From the NCBI RefSeq assembly GCF_002105155.1, contig NW_019028996.1:372001-436000 (forward strand): a stretch of 64,000 bases of DNA. The letters run 5' to 3'. The notes beneath the pieces are model-generated. The model saw nothing but the letters and a program-made list of their open reading frames with translations, did no database searches and was not told the DNA's origin. Position numbers and translations under genes: made by a program. The stretch's first letter is position 1, and each line of letters opens with the position of its first letter. Positions 42,075 to 55,326 of the stretch are shown here, piece by piece. The stretch is from Lobosporangium transversale (lineage: Eukaryota).

Positions 42075-45000
42075 TTATCTCGTAGCTACACCATTTGGCC
42101 CTCCAGGTGGGCTGACAATCGTTGATCCAAATAGATTGTCTTGACCTGGGTTATAGGTAAATCCTTTGAACTGCAATTGAACTGTCTCACTCAAGAATGA
42201 CTCTTCTACTACAGAATCCAACGGCTCCTCACTTGTAAATTCTTCGTCAAAATTGGATGTATCTGTTGCAGAGGAGACTGAAGGCTTAAATGGCGGTTGA
42301 AGCTTTTTAGCCATCAATAACGGGAACGAAATGGGCTTAAAGAATACATGCTGTTTAATAGCCAGCGATCCACTGTTACCGAGGCGCTGGTTCGGATCTC
42401 GTGTTAACAGTGCCATCAACAAGGACCGCGCATCTGATGAAACCTCATCTGGGAAACGGAGCTCATCCTGCAAGATCTTGCGATACATTTCATGGATGTT
42501 TTCATCATAAAACGGTGGTAGACCTGTCAACATCTCAAATAACAACACTCCAAGGGTCCACCAGTCCACTGTCTTTGTATAGCCCTGACCTAAAAGCAAT
42601 TCTGGCGCCAGATACTCGGGTGTGCCACAAAATGTGTTGGTTGTCTCAGTTTCAGTCATACCCAGTTTGCAGAGACCGAAATCACAGAGTGCAATATGAC
42701 CTGTGTAATCAAGCAAGATGTTTTCTGGCTTGAGGTCCCTGTACACAACATTGAATCCATGTAGGCACTCTAGTGCACATAGGAGTTCTGCAGCATAGAA
42801 ACGAGACCGCTCCTCACTAAAGCGGCCTTCGCGTTGAAGATGATGGAAGAGCTCGCCTCCATTGACGAATGCAAGGACAAGATATAGTTTTTCTGGTGAT
42901 TGAAATGAGAATTTGAGCGGTACAATAAATGGATTGTTGACTTGAGCTAGTACAGTTCGTTCTGCGAGCGTGTGATTGACTTCACTACGTGAGATAATGT
43001 GGGCTTTCCGAAGGATCTTCATTGCATAGATACGGGAAGTATCACGTTTGCGGACCTGCATGACCTATGAATAAAAAATAGAAAGGGCATTCCATCAGGA
43101 TAGGAAATGTAAATGTTAATTTATGATTTCTTCTATATTCCTGGATAATGTATATAAGAACCGGTAAAATAAAATACATACCTTCCCAAAACTGCCTTTA
43201 CCGATAACTTTTAGCAAGTCAAAAGAGTCAATGGTCAATGCGGTATTAGCCTATTTAAACAAATCGAATAGATAGAAAAGAAAACAACCGTTACTAAATT
43301 TGGTTTCGTTCTTAGTCTTTTAGAATCAAATCCCAATGTTTCTTTCATACATTTCTACGTCTGTATGCCAGCTGCACACGGACTCGTCCTGTACCACCTT
43401 GTAAAAGAAACCATTCGTCCTGCATGCGCTCCTCCCAGTGAGGCACTAGTTTGAGGTTGCCCAGGAACACATCATGATTCATACTATCGATTTCACCTGT
43501 TTTGGGATCCACGTCCATTGCATTAGTATCGGGGATACGGATATAAAGTGACAATACCACATCCGACTCCCTAGATACATCGCTATAATTGCGAAAAGAA
43601 AGAGAAGTGGAAAAGAGAATGTTAGATGAAAATGAAAGGAGTAGTTTGTTGAAATGTCTGATCTGAGTAAAAAATGGGCTATGTAACCATGGACTATAAG
43701 TGGTGAGGCTTTATATCTACACTATATATAACCCTCGGGGCTCCTATCGAGTAAGGTTGACATTACAGGGGGGCAATTGACAAACACACATTGACACACA
43801 CTCATAAATAAGAGGAGTAATGAAGAGGCTGAATTGTTATGAAGTATAAGAAATGTGAAATGATGCAAAACCCACATATGACGGCTTAACGATGTTTCTG
43901 ATGGATATCGTATGGAATGTGAGTCAAGATGAAATCGTTATAATAGTAGGTGGCATGAATAGTCTACCACGATATGATTTGTTGTTCCAAATTAATTTCC
44001 AAGCCCTTATTAAAATACAAATGTGCTTCTACGCACAGCTCAAAAGGTGAGAACAAAATGGGAAAGATAATTATAACCACGATATTCATCCCCATTGCTT
44101 CTTGTTGCTGTCGTTTTCTTTTCTGGTCTTGCCAGAGTAGCTGTAGCTTGAAAATGAATAACTGGCTATTGGTCGCCCAGTTGGCTGAATCAGCACCATA
44201 AACTTGTGTGCTTCTTTTCTCTCCCCATGATATACAAGTTAATTAGGGAACAATAATAACATTAATAATAAACTTGGAGCAGTATGACATTTCCTGGTTT
44301 GAAACTTACAAATTGGCTCTGTATTGCCAAACTGGATTTGATACTTCTCCTCCAAGAGCATCGATCAGGACTTCATTCTTGTCAAACTCTAGAACCGCAT
44401 AAGGTAACCACCATTTGCGTTGGTGCGACTCTCGATTACTGACAGCAGCCTGCTGCTGTTGTTGTTGGTCTTGTGGAATAAAAGGAGAGTTACCAGGGCC
44501 AGAAGGGATAGTCAACCCCCTTGCTTCTACGACTCGAATGATGAGTGTACCTGTTTTGGGAGCCCCTGATGATGTAGAAGTATTATTGCTGGTACTGTAA
44601 CTATTGTTGTGGTTGTAAATGTTTGAAGAGCTATTCTGGATGGCATTGCTGAGTGATCCAGCTGAGGAATATTGCAGATGTTGTGCTTGATGACCATTTC
44701 CTACAACAAAGCCGGTGGATTTGGGTGGAGAAGGTGACTTTATCTGCAAGGAGGATGTGAAATTGGCGGAAAGGGCTGCAGTTTCTTTTTCTCTTTCACG
44801 CTCTTTCTCCTTGTGCTCTGAATTTTGGAAAGAGATAAGAGACATTGAGTTAGAGAGAATGAGATAGAGAGGTTAAGTATCCCCAAGCCAAACATGCATG
44901 CGCAATGGGAAACATTTCATTAGCCACTATTGATAACACCAGGCATGGCACACATGGTACACACAGAGTACACAATAATCATCTTACAATACATAACAAT

Positions 45001-45288
45001 GTGTACAAGATAAAATCAATACACATCCTCAATCTCACACACAATGCAGAGAGTTGCATGGCGCGCTTTTTCTTTGCCCGCCTCCTTTGTTACTTTTATG
45101 TCTCTCAAAAACAAAAACGGAGACAAGACAGGCCGTTTTTTTTTGTGTATGTATGCCGTTGGGATGAAAAAAAAAAATAAGTGACTTTCATCCACACAAA
45201 CACTACTCAATACCTATTCCCTAACACCATGTTATTGTATATAAAAAAGCAAATTGACTGACTTACTCTTGGGATTCAACCAGGACAT
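42075..45288 (-). CDS. YPK1: AGC kinase Ypk1/Gad8 (SGK-like) with C2-like N-terminal region, multi-exon
   Basis: MSWLNPK start exon; LPYAVLEFDKNEV; IGKGSFGKV; YRDLKPEN; DFG; TFCGTPEYLAPE; hydrophobic motif FKGFTY. Confidence 0.95.
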
Positions 45289-45978
45289 GCTGAATCACGC
45301 TGTAGTAATGAACAATACAAAGAGTGTTTTCTTTTTTTCCTTTTTTATGAACTCTTGATGAGCAGAAGACACCGAGGTATGGTAAGTTGGAATGAAACAA
45401 TGAATGAATATAGGTTTCCTAGGTCTGCAATGAATGTAAGTTCTTTTTTATAAAAAAATTCGGAATGATTTGCAAGAGAGTAAGTGAAAGAAAGAAGGTC
45501 GAGAATAAGTTAGAAAGGAAGAATATGAACAATTGAAAAAGAAGGAGAAAAGCAGAGAAAAGCAGAAAAGAAAAAAAAGGAGCGAAAATAGAAGCAACCA
45601 AACGAGGAACTCAGGCACAGACGCAAAAAAAAATAAAAAAAGCGCGCGTGCTGTGTCCTGGCTGGGTCGCTGGCTCGCAGAAGGGGGAGAGAAGCGCACT
45701 GCATGCAGCCTGTCGTTGTTTGTCCAATGGTGTGTTTGTTGTTGAATACCATGCATGGATGATCCATGGTGGGGCTGGGCAAATCAAAATCATGCAAAAC
45801 AAAGTTATGCTTTTATTTAGCAACAAGTAACTAAATTACTAACCAAATTACTAACTAACTTACAGAATGAGACTTGCTTGAACCTTTCATTCGGATTCAT
45901 GGGTTACTTTGTAAAATCCTTCGTCATTACTCACTCACTTGTTCTTATTTTGTCTTATATTCTGTCTCCCACAACATC

Positions 45979-47555
45979 ATGCTTAGACCTCTTGCTTTCT
46001 TGGCCTTGTTAGTCGTTTTGGTCATTTACTTGAAGCAACCCTCTTCAACTCGCCACCTTGACTCTCCTGCCGGCTATGAAAAGTCCAAAGCTGTCTATCT
46101 TAAAAACCAGCCTCAGAAAGCCTTTGTCCAGACAAAACGCACCGTCGCTGTCGGAGATCTGCACAGCGATCTACCTCAGACCCTAGCGGTTCTGAAGCTT
46201 GCTAAGGTCATTGACGACAGTGGCGACTGGGTCGGCGGAACTGACACGCTCGTCCAAACTGTACGCCACGCATTCCTTTTGGATTCGCCTCCTATCTTTT
46301 TGATGGCCTTTATTATATATATAGCTGTAAAGATCGATGTTTATGATCGGACTAACCTGAACCGTTGCCATCGGGCTTTCACTCTCATAGGGTGATCTTG
46401 TCGATCGTGGCCCAGATACAATTGCTGTTTACAATCTCTTTGATAAACTTCGCAAACAAGCTCAAGAAGCTGGAGGAAAGGTAACTCGATGTTTTACTCC
46501 TCAGTATGTATGAACAGAATTTGATTTTCGCACTGCTTGGGAATGTCAACTGACTCACTCCATTGGAAATGAATGTGCTTCACAGGTTGTCAATGTCTAT
46601 GGAAAGTAAGTTTTCATTTTTACTTTCAATGAATTAAAGGTTTTGAAGATTACGGGATGAGAACCTCATCGTCCTTGTAGCCATGAAGTCATGAACTTAG
46701 GTCAAGATCTGCGTTATGTAACAGAAGAAGACTTTGCTTCCTTCGGAGGACGCGTGAAACGTAAGGAAGCTTGGGATGTTCGGACGGGCTGGTTAGGTAA
46801 AATGATCTATCGAAACTTCAACATCACCTACATTCATCATGGACACACCGTTTTCAGCCATGGCGATATGGAGCCTGAGTGGGCACGTCTCGGAATCGAC
46901 ACCTTGAACCGCCTAGCAAGCGAAGCTATCTGGAACTCTAATTACCGGGCATCTATCTTTCAAAGCACAGGCAAGCCCTTTATTTCGTAGAAGGATATTG
47001 CCAAGGAGCAAGAAAATGCATACCAGAAATAGGCTTTCATAATGACTTTTTTTTTTTTTTTGAAAATTAAGGTCCTATCTGGAGCAGGTCGCATGCTTTA
47101 GAGGAAGGGGGTGAACAAGAGACATGCAAGAGGATCGAAGAAGTTAAAAAGACACTTGGGGTAATTCAAACTCATCATGGAGCATATTGTTAAAGGAAAC
47201 CTTGCTCATCTTACTGAAAGTCGTCCATCTTTTTTTTATTCTGCAGGTAAATCGTCTCATCTCAGGCCACACCCCACAATATGAAAATGGTAAAATCCTG
47301 TCGATCTGCAACGGAAGCTATATGGTTATTGATACTGGCATCAGTAGATACTATGGTACTTTGACGTGTTACTTCTTTATCTCCTGAATAACTGTTCTTG
47401 CAAGTTTTTTATGTTTGCATTTATCCCTGACTGGAGATAAAATCTTTTCTCTTGGTCAATTAGGTGGACATTTAGCTGCGCTTGAGATCTTGGAAGATGG
47501 TGATGGCAAAGAAACTGTCTTCGCATTATATCCAGGAGGAAAGCGACAGCTATAG
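45979..47555 (+). CDS. Calcineurin-like metallophosphoesterase of Shewanella-like phosphatase type, N-terminal signal anchor, multi-exon
   Basis: VGDLHSD, QTGDLVDRGPD, GNHE (split by an intron), FSHG, GPIWSR, GHTPQ, IDTGIS. Confidence 0.88.
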
Positions 47556-47701
47556 CAGTAACAACTATTCTTATTCTGCACATAGCATTGACATAAAAGA
47601 AAGTAACAACATAGGAGACTGGTACTTTTATGTACAAATTGAAATAAAAAAATACGATTGAGAAAAGACTAGATTATCACATATTGTAGCACACTAGTAT
47701 T

Positions 47702-49273
47702 TTAACGCGAAAAGCGCATCATGAAGGCGACAATCAGGCCTCCGATAACGACGCCCTCCATGAATCCAAGACCCCCGTTCGATTTGGCTTGAGCTTTCTT
47801 GGTTCGTTCTTCTTGGTCCTTCTTCCATGAAAGCAGTACACTGGTGATGTCCTCCACAATGCCACGGCGTAGCTCCTGAGGGTCAATCACAGGTGTGGAC
47901 CTGTCATGTTCAGCAGTGGAGACCTGTTTTGGATCGGCCATATCTGAGGTACTGATAATGGTAGTTGTAGTCGATAATTGATCCAGGCTATACGTGGCTT
48001 CTGGCTCTGTAGTAGTGGATGGGGTGTGAGGAATGGAATGTGAGGAATCTTCATCCGCTGGGGACGATGAAGAAATGAAGCAAAGGAATGTGAGAGAAAT
48101 GAAGCGGAGAGAAGGATTTGAAAAATAAAATAACTATAAACTCATAACTTACAGCTTGAGCTGGAGCTAGCAGGCACAGTCATAGGCATGGGCATAGGCC
48201 CATCTTTCTCAGGATCGTATCCATCTTCCCAATTCATTTCATCAATACGACTAGCACGGAGCGTCTCGCGTCGGAGCATCCCCACAGCCTTGAGGATCAT
48301 GGAACGCCACTTGAGGTTGATTTGCATGCGCTCTGTAATGTAGACATCGTTGATCGTAGAATGTGAGCGACATTTGGGATATATTAACAAATCTGTTATA
48401 CCCTGTTGTTTTCTCTTCCTAGAATAGGACAGAATAATTTACCTAAATCTTCCTCGCGCAGGTCAATAAATTGTGCTCCAGTCAAGTTAGCACTCTACAT
48501 GAGGAAAAAAAAAAAAAAAAAAAAAAAACTGCGTTAATATCTAATAAATAAAAGCATAGCATTGCATAGCGCAGCATAACAGGCGTAGCAATTTTTTTTT
48601 TTTTTTTTTGATACTTTACCTGTCGGAAATATCGCCCTAGATCCTCAGTGATAGCTCGTGGATAAAGCCGCAAAGTATAGGCTAAATACTCAGCTACATG
48701 GCTACTCGTCCAGGATCTCACGTCTGACGGGAGATCCGGATAGGGCGTTTCATCTAGGATCAATGTCGTCGTAGTCGCTGATCGAGCTGGCTTCGTGAAT
48801 TTATTACCATTGACTCTAGCATCTTTCCAAGGTGATGTCGGAGGCGATGGCATGTATGAGTCAAGTTCTGGGTGAGTAGGCATTGAACCTGGCTTCACCA
48901 TCGGTGTTGAAGAGAATGGCTTCACAGGTAAGCTATTTCGTCGTGCATTACTCCTACTATTACTTCGTCCCCATTGCCTTTGTCCCTGACTCTGAGGGAT
49001 ATTGATGGGCTGAGGAGGGTACGTTGTTGTGGGTGATGTTGCGTCACTATGTTGTTGAGGACTGAAGTATTCATCGGAGGGGGACATGAGAGGTGGATAG
49101 ACATAAGTCTTTGGGGCGCTGATCGCTTCAGATGGATAGTTCAGAGGTACATTGACCTTTTTGTAGTAAAATGATGCTCCTCCTATGGCAGTGGGGGATT
49201 GATCTGTTTCGTTGAGATTATTATTGTGAAATGTATCTGAGGAGGTCGATAGAGATGTGATGATCGGATCCAT
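47702..49273 (-). CDS. Pro/Ser-rich protein with SAM-like domain and C-terminal transmembrane anchor, multi-exon
   Basis: DVRSWTSSHVAEYL...LTGAQFIDLREEDL..ERMQINLKWRSMILKAV resembles SAM; C-terminal GFMEGVVIGGLIVAFMMR. Confidence 0.7.
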
Positions 49274-50594
49274 ATTGATAAAATGAAATATTGGATATTA
49301 GAAAGATGCAGGTTTTTTTGTGGTTAAAAATAAAGGAAGAAAAGGGTCATGAAACTAAGGTCATTAACAAAGAGACGTGAGAGAAAGAGGAATAGTTCTC
49401 TAGGTGACAAAGAAAGGATACAAGGGTAAAAGAGTGAAGAGGTATGGATGTGAGCGAAAGTGTGAAGGAACAATGAGGAAAAAAAAAAAAAAAAAGAAAG
49501 AAAGACATTGCTCGATGGATATAAAAAATTCCAACATGGGTAGTTGTTCAACTGACAAGCTGAGCCATTACACATTCGCCCCTTTTTCTTGGACCAAGTG
49601 ACCACCGCGTAATTATGGACGAAGGGACGAAGGAGTCAAAATGCATGTATAATAATCTTTGTCTAACCACCCCTATTCTTGTCTTTACTCATACGCACCT
49701 CCCTGTCATGATTTGTCTCTTTTTCCCAAGTCCCTTTTACATCACATAAATCATCAGGGACCATACACAGAGAGCACAAACCTCTAGGGCTACGCCAATG
49801 AGAAAACGGTGTGCCTGAGACGCCCATCGCATAACATGCATTATATTTAGAGGCCCTAATTACCTATATATATATATATGATACGTACTATAGTTTTTTT
49901 GTTGTTTTTTTTATTTTTTTTATTTTTTAACAAGGACCAAGAGTCAATCCTATTGCTGCAGTTCTCAATCATCAAAAATTTATTACTTTCCAAGCGCTCT
50001 ATAACCAATTCCGCCTGCTGTCGGTAGTTTGCCGCTCGACGTTGTCCCTGATGAGAACAAAGAATTCATCCCTGCTACACGTGTGCCTACCTGTTCCGCT
50101 ATCTCGAACTCTTTTCTTTATACGTTCATGTTAATGGAAATCATTTAATACTTTCAATAACTTAATATATAAAATATTATAAAGTAACTTATTTTCAGTA
50201 AGCAATACGTTATTTATCATTATTATTTTTATAATAGTTTGCTCTCTAAACGAACAACGCTATAAAACTGAAGAACTATCCAGTCTAAAATGTACTCCAT
50301 GCCCCACCCTCAAGAGAGGATCGCTTTACAGTCACCATAAGTCTAGTCACGTTCCCTCGGTAAGCCTTTCGGGTGCCGCGACTATTGCTACGGTTCATCA
50401 CCGTGTTTAACGTCGAAAACATACTGTTACAGGAAAGAAATCGCCCCCATCCTTTCCATGGTTGTCAATTGTCACTGTCTTAACAAGCTCTGCAACAGAA
50501 CCTTGTCTGCAGCGGATGGGTCTAACGTAGGTCCTGGACAGCACCTGTCGTGATGCGCATCCATTGCCGTACCACAAGGACAAAAGCCTTCTGC

Positions 50595-52080
50595 TTTTTT
50601 TTTTTTTTTTTTCTTTGATAACAAGGACCCTCAGGGTCATGGGATTTATTTTCTACACTCTATGAACAAAATGCTCCAGAAACTATAGTCAATAAACAGC
50701 TATTACTGCGCAAACGACAAGAACCGCTGTATCCATGATTTCATAAACCCTGACCGCCGTGGTTGGTACTCAAAGTCCACCTTTCCGACGTGGCCTGTTG
50801 CGCAACGCGACAAATTATCCGCTATCCATAGTCATCAAAAACTTCATTCCACCTAGCCGCTCCATCACGTCCAGTTTGGTTTTCCCAAGGTAACTGTCCC
50901 GGACTCGGTCATCCGCGATCTTGTAGATCTCTTTTACATTCAGCTTCTGTCTTTGTCTGAGGGAAGGGACAAGGAAATCATTGCTACTACGTCTGTGCTC
51001 CCCAACACAGTTGCGTCCTCTAGCGCGTTTGCTCATAGCAGTGATTCCACGAGCCTTTTCCCATTCAACGGTGACTTTACACCGTTTGTTCCAGATTTCT
51101 GTACGACCGAATTCCTCTATGGCCTTGACGAAGCGCCCTGCCATATATGTAGCTATCCTTGTTGTTGTCTTGAAGCCAACTTTCCAACTCTGAGCAATGG
51201 ACTTGGGCGTAAGTCCATGGTAAATGTCCTGCACAGACCAATCTGGTGTGTGCTCTCTCTTCCTCATCATCGCCGTTCCTATCACCATGGCGTCGTACTT
51301 CTCGCACACCATCGATATGCATCTCCAGAGTTTTCCAAATGTAGTCCTCCTCTGCCGCAGTAAAAGTTGGCTCTTTTGTCCTTGGTGGGTCTACACCTCT
51401 CTCCCTGGCCCTTTGTGCTTGCTCCTGCACTGCTTTCAACTCTTTCCCCTATCACATTCACATTTTGGATTATCTCCTTCCACTTCTCGGCCTGAGTCTC
51501 CATCGTCCTTGGACATCTCCAGATGTGCGATGTGTCTTCATCCTCTGTCCCACACACTCTGCAGTTGCCGTCTTCATAAAGGTCCAGCCTCCAGTGTCTC
51601 ATATATGACTGTAGGCAACATTCCATGGAGTTTCTTGATTCTGTGCGCTCGCTTTTGGCAGTCCGCTGGGCTGGCGAAGAGTCCTTTCGGTAGGTTGCTA
51701 TCATGAACAATGTTCATAGTAGCTCGCCAATCAATTTTTGTCCAATCCTTAACATGCTCCTGCGTCCTGTTCTGGACGATCCAAGTGTGATGTGTACGAG
51801 TTGTTGACTGTAACTTAAGGATCTGCCTTAAGTCATCTTCCGCTGGTACACCGTTGAACTTTGCATGGCAGTACATGTCATTATGCTCCGTTATGTTGAT
51901 ATCCCATAGCTCGCCATAATGTCCATGTTTTGCTGCTTCGTCCGCTTCTTCGTTCCCTCGGTTGCCGGCATGTCCTTTGACCCACTCGACCGTGACTTCC
52001 GATCCTTGTTGAATAAATGCGTTGTGTATAGCTGCCCACCATACTGCATACGGTGATCTAATACGTTGTCGCAACATGAC
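50595..52080 (-). mobile_element. 5'-truncated non-LTR retrotransposon (LINE): RNase H C-terminal half + CCHC zinc knuckle + 3' UTR with possible poly(A)
   Basis: VEWVKGHAGNRGNEEADEAAK; IKKLHGMLPT; CRVCGTEDEDTSHIWRC; EIWNKRC; frameshifts; A18 on the element strand at 50595-50612. Confidence 0.85.
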
Positions 52081-52203
52081 GTCCAGGCAGGACGGGGTGG
52101 GTTTGAGGGTACCACTATAGGTATACCTCTGGTCCTACCTACCATGACGTCACTTGTTATAGGACGTGAGCTTAAGTTGCCTCGATTTAGGACACATTTA
52201 GAA

Positions 52204-52286
52204 GGTGGGATGGCCGAGTTGGTCTAAGGCGCCGCACTCAAGTTGCGGTCTCGAGAGAGGCGTGGGTTCAAATCCCACTTCCACCA
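52204..52286 (+). tRNA. tRNA-Leu(CAA), intronless
   Basis: Acceptor GGTGGGA/TTCCACC, A-box TGGCCGAGTTGG, anticodon arm CCGCA-CTCAAGT-TGCGG, long variable arm, T-arm GTGGG-TTCAAAT-CCCAC, downstream T-run terminator. Confidence 0.97.
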
Positions 52287-52320
52287 TCATTTTTTCTGGT
52301 ATGCAAGTATATTTTTTCTC

Positions 52321-52811
52321 GGATTTATCTATTTGGCAGCCCATTACCAAATAGTATGATCAGTTTTGAAAACTTCTCTTTGGCAGCCCAGCTGCCAAAT
52401 AGCGCCCTCATAAAAAATAGTATTTGCACGGTCCCGTGGAAATAAATAAAAAAAATTATAACGGAGTTGTTTCTTTATGGACACGTTGATACCTCGGTGC
52501 TGTAAGCAAAGTCACTCATTTCAAGTCCAATTGTCGTCGCTCCATCCGAAGCCGCTAACAGGCATCGAAGCGCAACTTATTCATTTGGGTTTTACTCTTT
52601 CTGACAAACACTAATATTTGTAATTACATGGTGAGTGCAACAAGGCGTAGTGTGTGGCCAATCAACCTTTTCAAATTAGTTTTGCAAAACATTATTTGGC
52701 AGCCCAGCTGCCATCTAAGTGTGTGAAGTTCGGTGGCAGCCCCAAAAAATAGGTTGCCAAATAATGGCAAAAATTACTATATTTGATATGGGCTGCCAAA
52801 TAGATTAATCC
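52321..52811. mobile_element. Non-autonomous Mutator-like MITE (491 bp)
   Basis: TIR GGATT(T/A)ATCTATTTGGCAGCCCAT at both ends; 9-bp TSD TTTTTTCTC at 52312-52320 and 52812-52820; internal TTTGGCAGCCCA subrepeats. Confidence 0.88.
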
Positions 52812-52839
52812 TTTTTTCTCTTTCATTTTGGAATGGACG

Positions 52840-52871
<32 letters not shown>

Positions 52872-54077
52872 TGGTTTTCAAAGTGTTTGACTCTTAGAAC
52901 CCACAGTATCTCGAGGATACCTCGACCTCCTGGAAGAACTTCTGACATATCCATGAATCAGGTACTTATATGAGATTGCATTCCTGGGCGGTACCGTAGA
53001 CCCTCATATCCCTCTTGCATCTCTGGATTCATCACCTGGGTTCTGGAGCTTGCTCAATCAGATCTCAGGGTTGGCAAAACTACTTTTGTTTCAAGTGCTA
53101 CTGGCACTCTTTTTTACAATACTACCTGGGAAAATTTGCCTATCAAAGACTATAGGCTTTAACTTACCATGATTTTAATATTCACACTTTTAATAATATT
53201 CATACTTTTAAATAGGAGTCAAACCAATGGCCTTAATGTAGTTGGATCTGCAGATTTGGATGAGAACGTTACCTTAAGGGCTTGATTTTGATGCTGTATT
53301 TGACTGCAAGGCAGCCAACGATAGATGCGGGCTCTCGATGATACCACAGAAGTTGCCTTCAGTCTCATAGCTGTATTTGGGTGATCACTAAATTTACCTT
53401 TTACATGAGCCAGTGCCTAATTGTTTTCAACAGTCTGATCAACGTTCGCTTGAAAGAGTACGTTATGAAGGCTACACAGTCTTGTGTAAAAAAGAGAGAA
53501 AGGCATAGCCTTGAGGCAAGGTATTGAAAAGCTTTAAAAGACACTGAGAAGTATAATTAGAAAAATAGGTATTTTAGAGTGCATAATAATTGAAGAAGAT
53601 AGGAATTGATTATATGGTGTAGGCAAATAGTCCTCATCACACTCGGAAGCATCCAAAGATAAATGAGTTGAGTGGACAAGACCAAGATCTACGCATGTCA
53701 TCCGTTCCTGCATATGCGCACCTCGGCAGTATGCGGCCATATGGCCACACGAGCAGAGAAAGTGAGAGTGTGGGTGACACAAAGTGCATCGCCCGCCCAT
53801 GAGAGGATCTGCAAACTGCATTACATGTCTAAAAATAGGAATCCAGCTGGTCTGAGTCTCGATAAAATGGGGCAAGCCACTCTGTCCACCCACACATTCT
53901 TTTCTCTCTTCATCAACATCCCCTTACCTTTCACAATCTGTGAATTTCATCATCTTAAATTCTCCCTTTTCATCTAATCTTTCATTTTCTTTTTTATCTT
54001 ACGCCTCATACCTTTTTTTTTTTTTTTTTTTTTTTTTTCCGCTATATAATCCTCCTTTCTTTCGTCTTTAGATTCTA

Positions 54078-54926
54078 ATGCGTTTCTCATCATCATCATC
54101 ATTGCTGGGTGCAACTGCATTGGCAGCTCTCGCCATCTCTTCCGCACAAGTTCAAGATACTCCTGTGGCTCCTCCTCACAACACAGATTATGTTGACATT
54201 GTGTACTTGAACGACGGCAACGGCCCGATCGGGACTGAACATGTCCCCTTCAACACTTGCTTTGCCTCTGAGTTGGCCTTTTCAAAATACTCGTTCCTTA
54301 ACTTTGCACCCAATAATGCCACTATCAACTTCTATACAGATTCCAATTGTCAAAATTTCACATTTGGTCTTGATGGATACTATGGTGGCTATCCGGGCGC
54401 GGCCCGTTCCTTCAAGTGGGTTGGCTGGTCCACAGATTCACTTGGAGAAATCTTTAACAAGGCTCCTATTCAAGGTCAAGGCGATGCCGCTACAGGAGGA
54501 AATGGCGGTACACAAGCACCTCCTGGTGGAGTGAACCCTAACGGAGGTACTCCACCACCTGCCCCCGCTCCTAACACAGGCAACAAGGATCAAACTGGAG
54601 ATAACAACGGCACCAACAATGCAGACGATTCGACGTCAGGCTCATCATCTTCAACATTCTTTGGAGGCGTGGTAGGAAGTGTGATCGTTTTGTCTGCTGG
54701 CGGTATCATTTTTTGGAAGACAGCAGGAAAGAAATTGGTGGAGGACAAGGGGAAGGGTGTTTTGCCTTATAACAGGGTTGGCCGCGATGGTGATATCCTC
54801 TTGACTAGCAATAATCGAGGCCATGGTTCATTCGAGATTGGAGATGAGGATGACGATGATGAGGTTGACAGCCGTCCGCAGCGTTCGGGACGCCAGGAGC
54901 GTTACCGTGATGATGACCATGCTTAA
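54078..54926 (+). CDS. Secreted-domain single-pass membrane protein of unknown function
   Basis: Signal peptide MRFSSSSSLLGATALAALA; small Cys-containing domain; G/P/N/S-rich stalk; TM FFGGVVGSVIVLSAGGIIFW; acidic tail. Confidence 0.8.
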   Translation: MRFSSSSSLLGATALAALAISSAQVQDTPVAPPHNTDYVDIVYLNDGNGPIGTEHVPFNTCFASELAFSKYSFLNFAPNNATINFYTDSNCQNFTFGLDGYYGGYPGAARSFKWVGWSTDSLGEIFNKAPIQGQGDAATGGNGGTQAPPGGVNPNGGTPPPAPAPNTGNKDQTGDNNGTNNADDSTSGSSSSTFFGGVVGSVIVLSAGGIIFWKTAGKKLVEDKGKGVLPYNRVGRDGDILLTSNNRGHGSFEIGDEDDDDEVDSRPQRSGRQERYRDDDHA

Positions 54927-55326
54927 TAACTTATTAATAAATAAGTAATCATAAATAGTAGTATGAACCAAACAAGAACGGAAGAAAAATACACATTTAT
55001 ATTTATTCGTTGATGTTTGAGGTGCAGACTGAAAAAAAATGACATAAAATACAAAAAATGCATACAAATATATAAATGTACTTACGCATCCTAAGTTTCT
55101 TTTTTTGCCAGATCATAAAAATGGAAGTAAATGGATAGATAAAAAAAGTCCGATGCAGGACTTTTTTTTTTTTTGGCTCACGAATCAATCTGTACAGAAT
55201 TATACTACAATTTTCATTTTATTTACAAATATTTATAATTCGCCTGCCCTTCATCTACATCATATGTCTGTTTCGTGTTATAGTTTTCTCTCTTGGCAGC
55301 GTGATGATTGTGGCGGTAGTTATTCT

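Noticed and set aside
50048..50055. CTGATGAG hammerhead-like core
   Set aside because: No properly placed GAAA with stems II and III could be built
52321..52811. CRISPR-like repeat array
   Set aside because: Repeats are irregularly spaced, in both orientations, and enclosed by TIRs and a TSD; explained as a MITE
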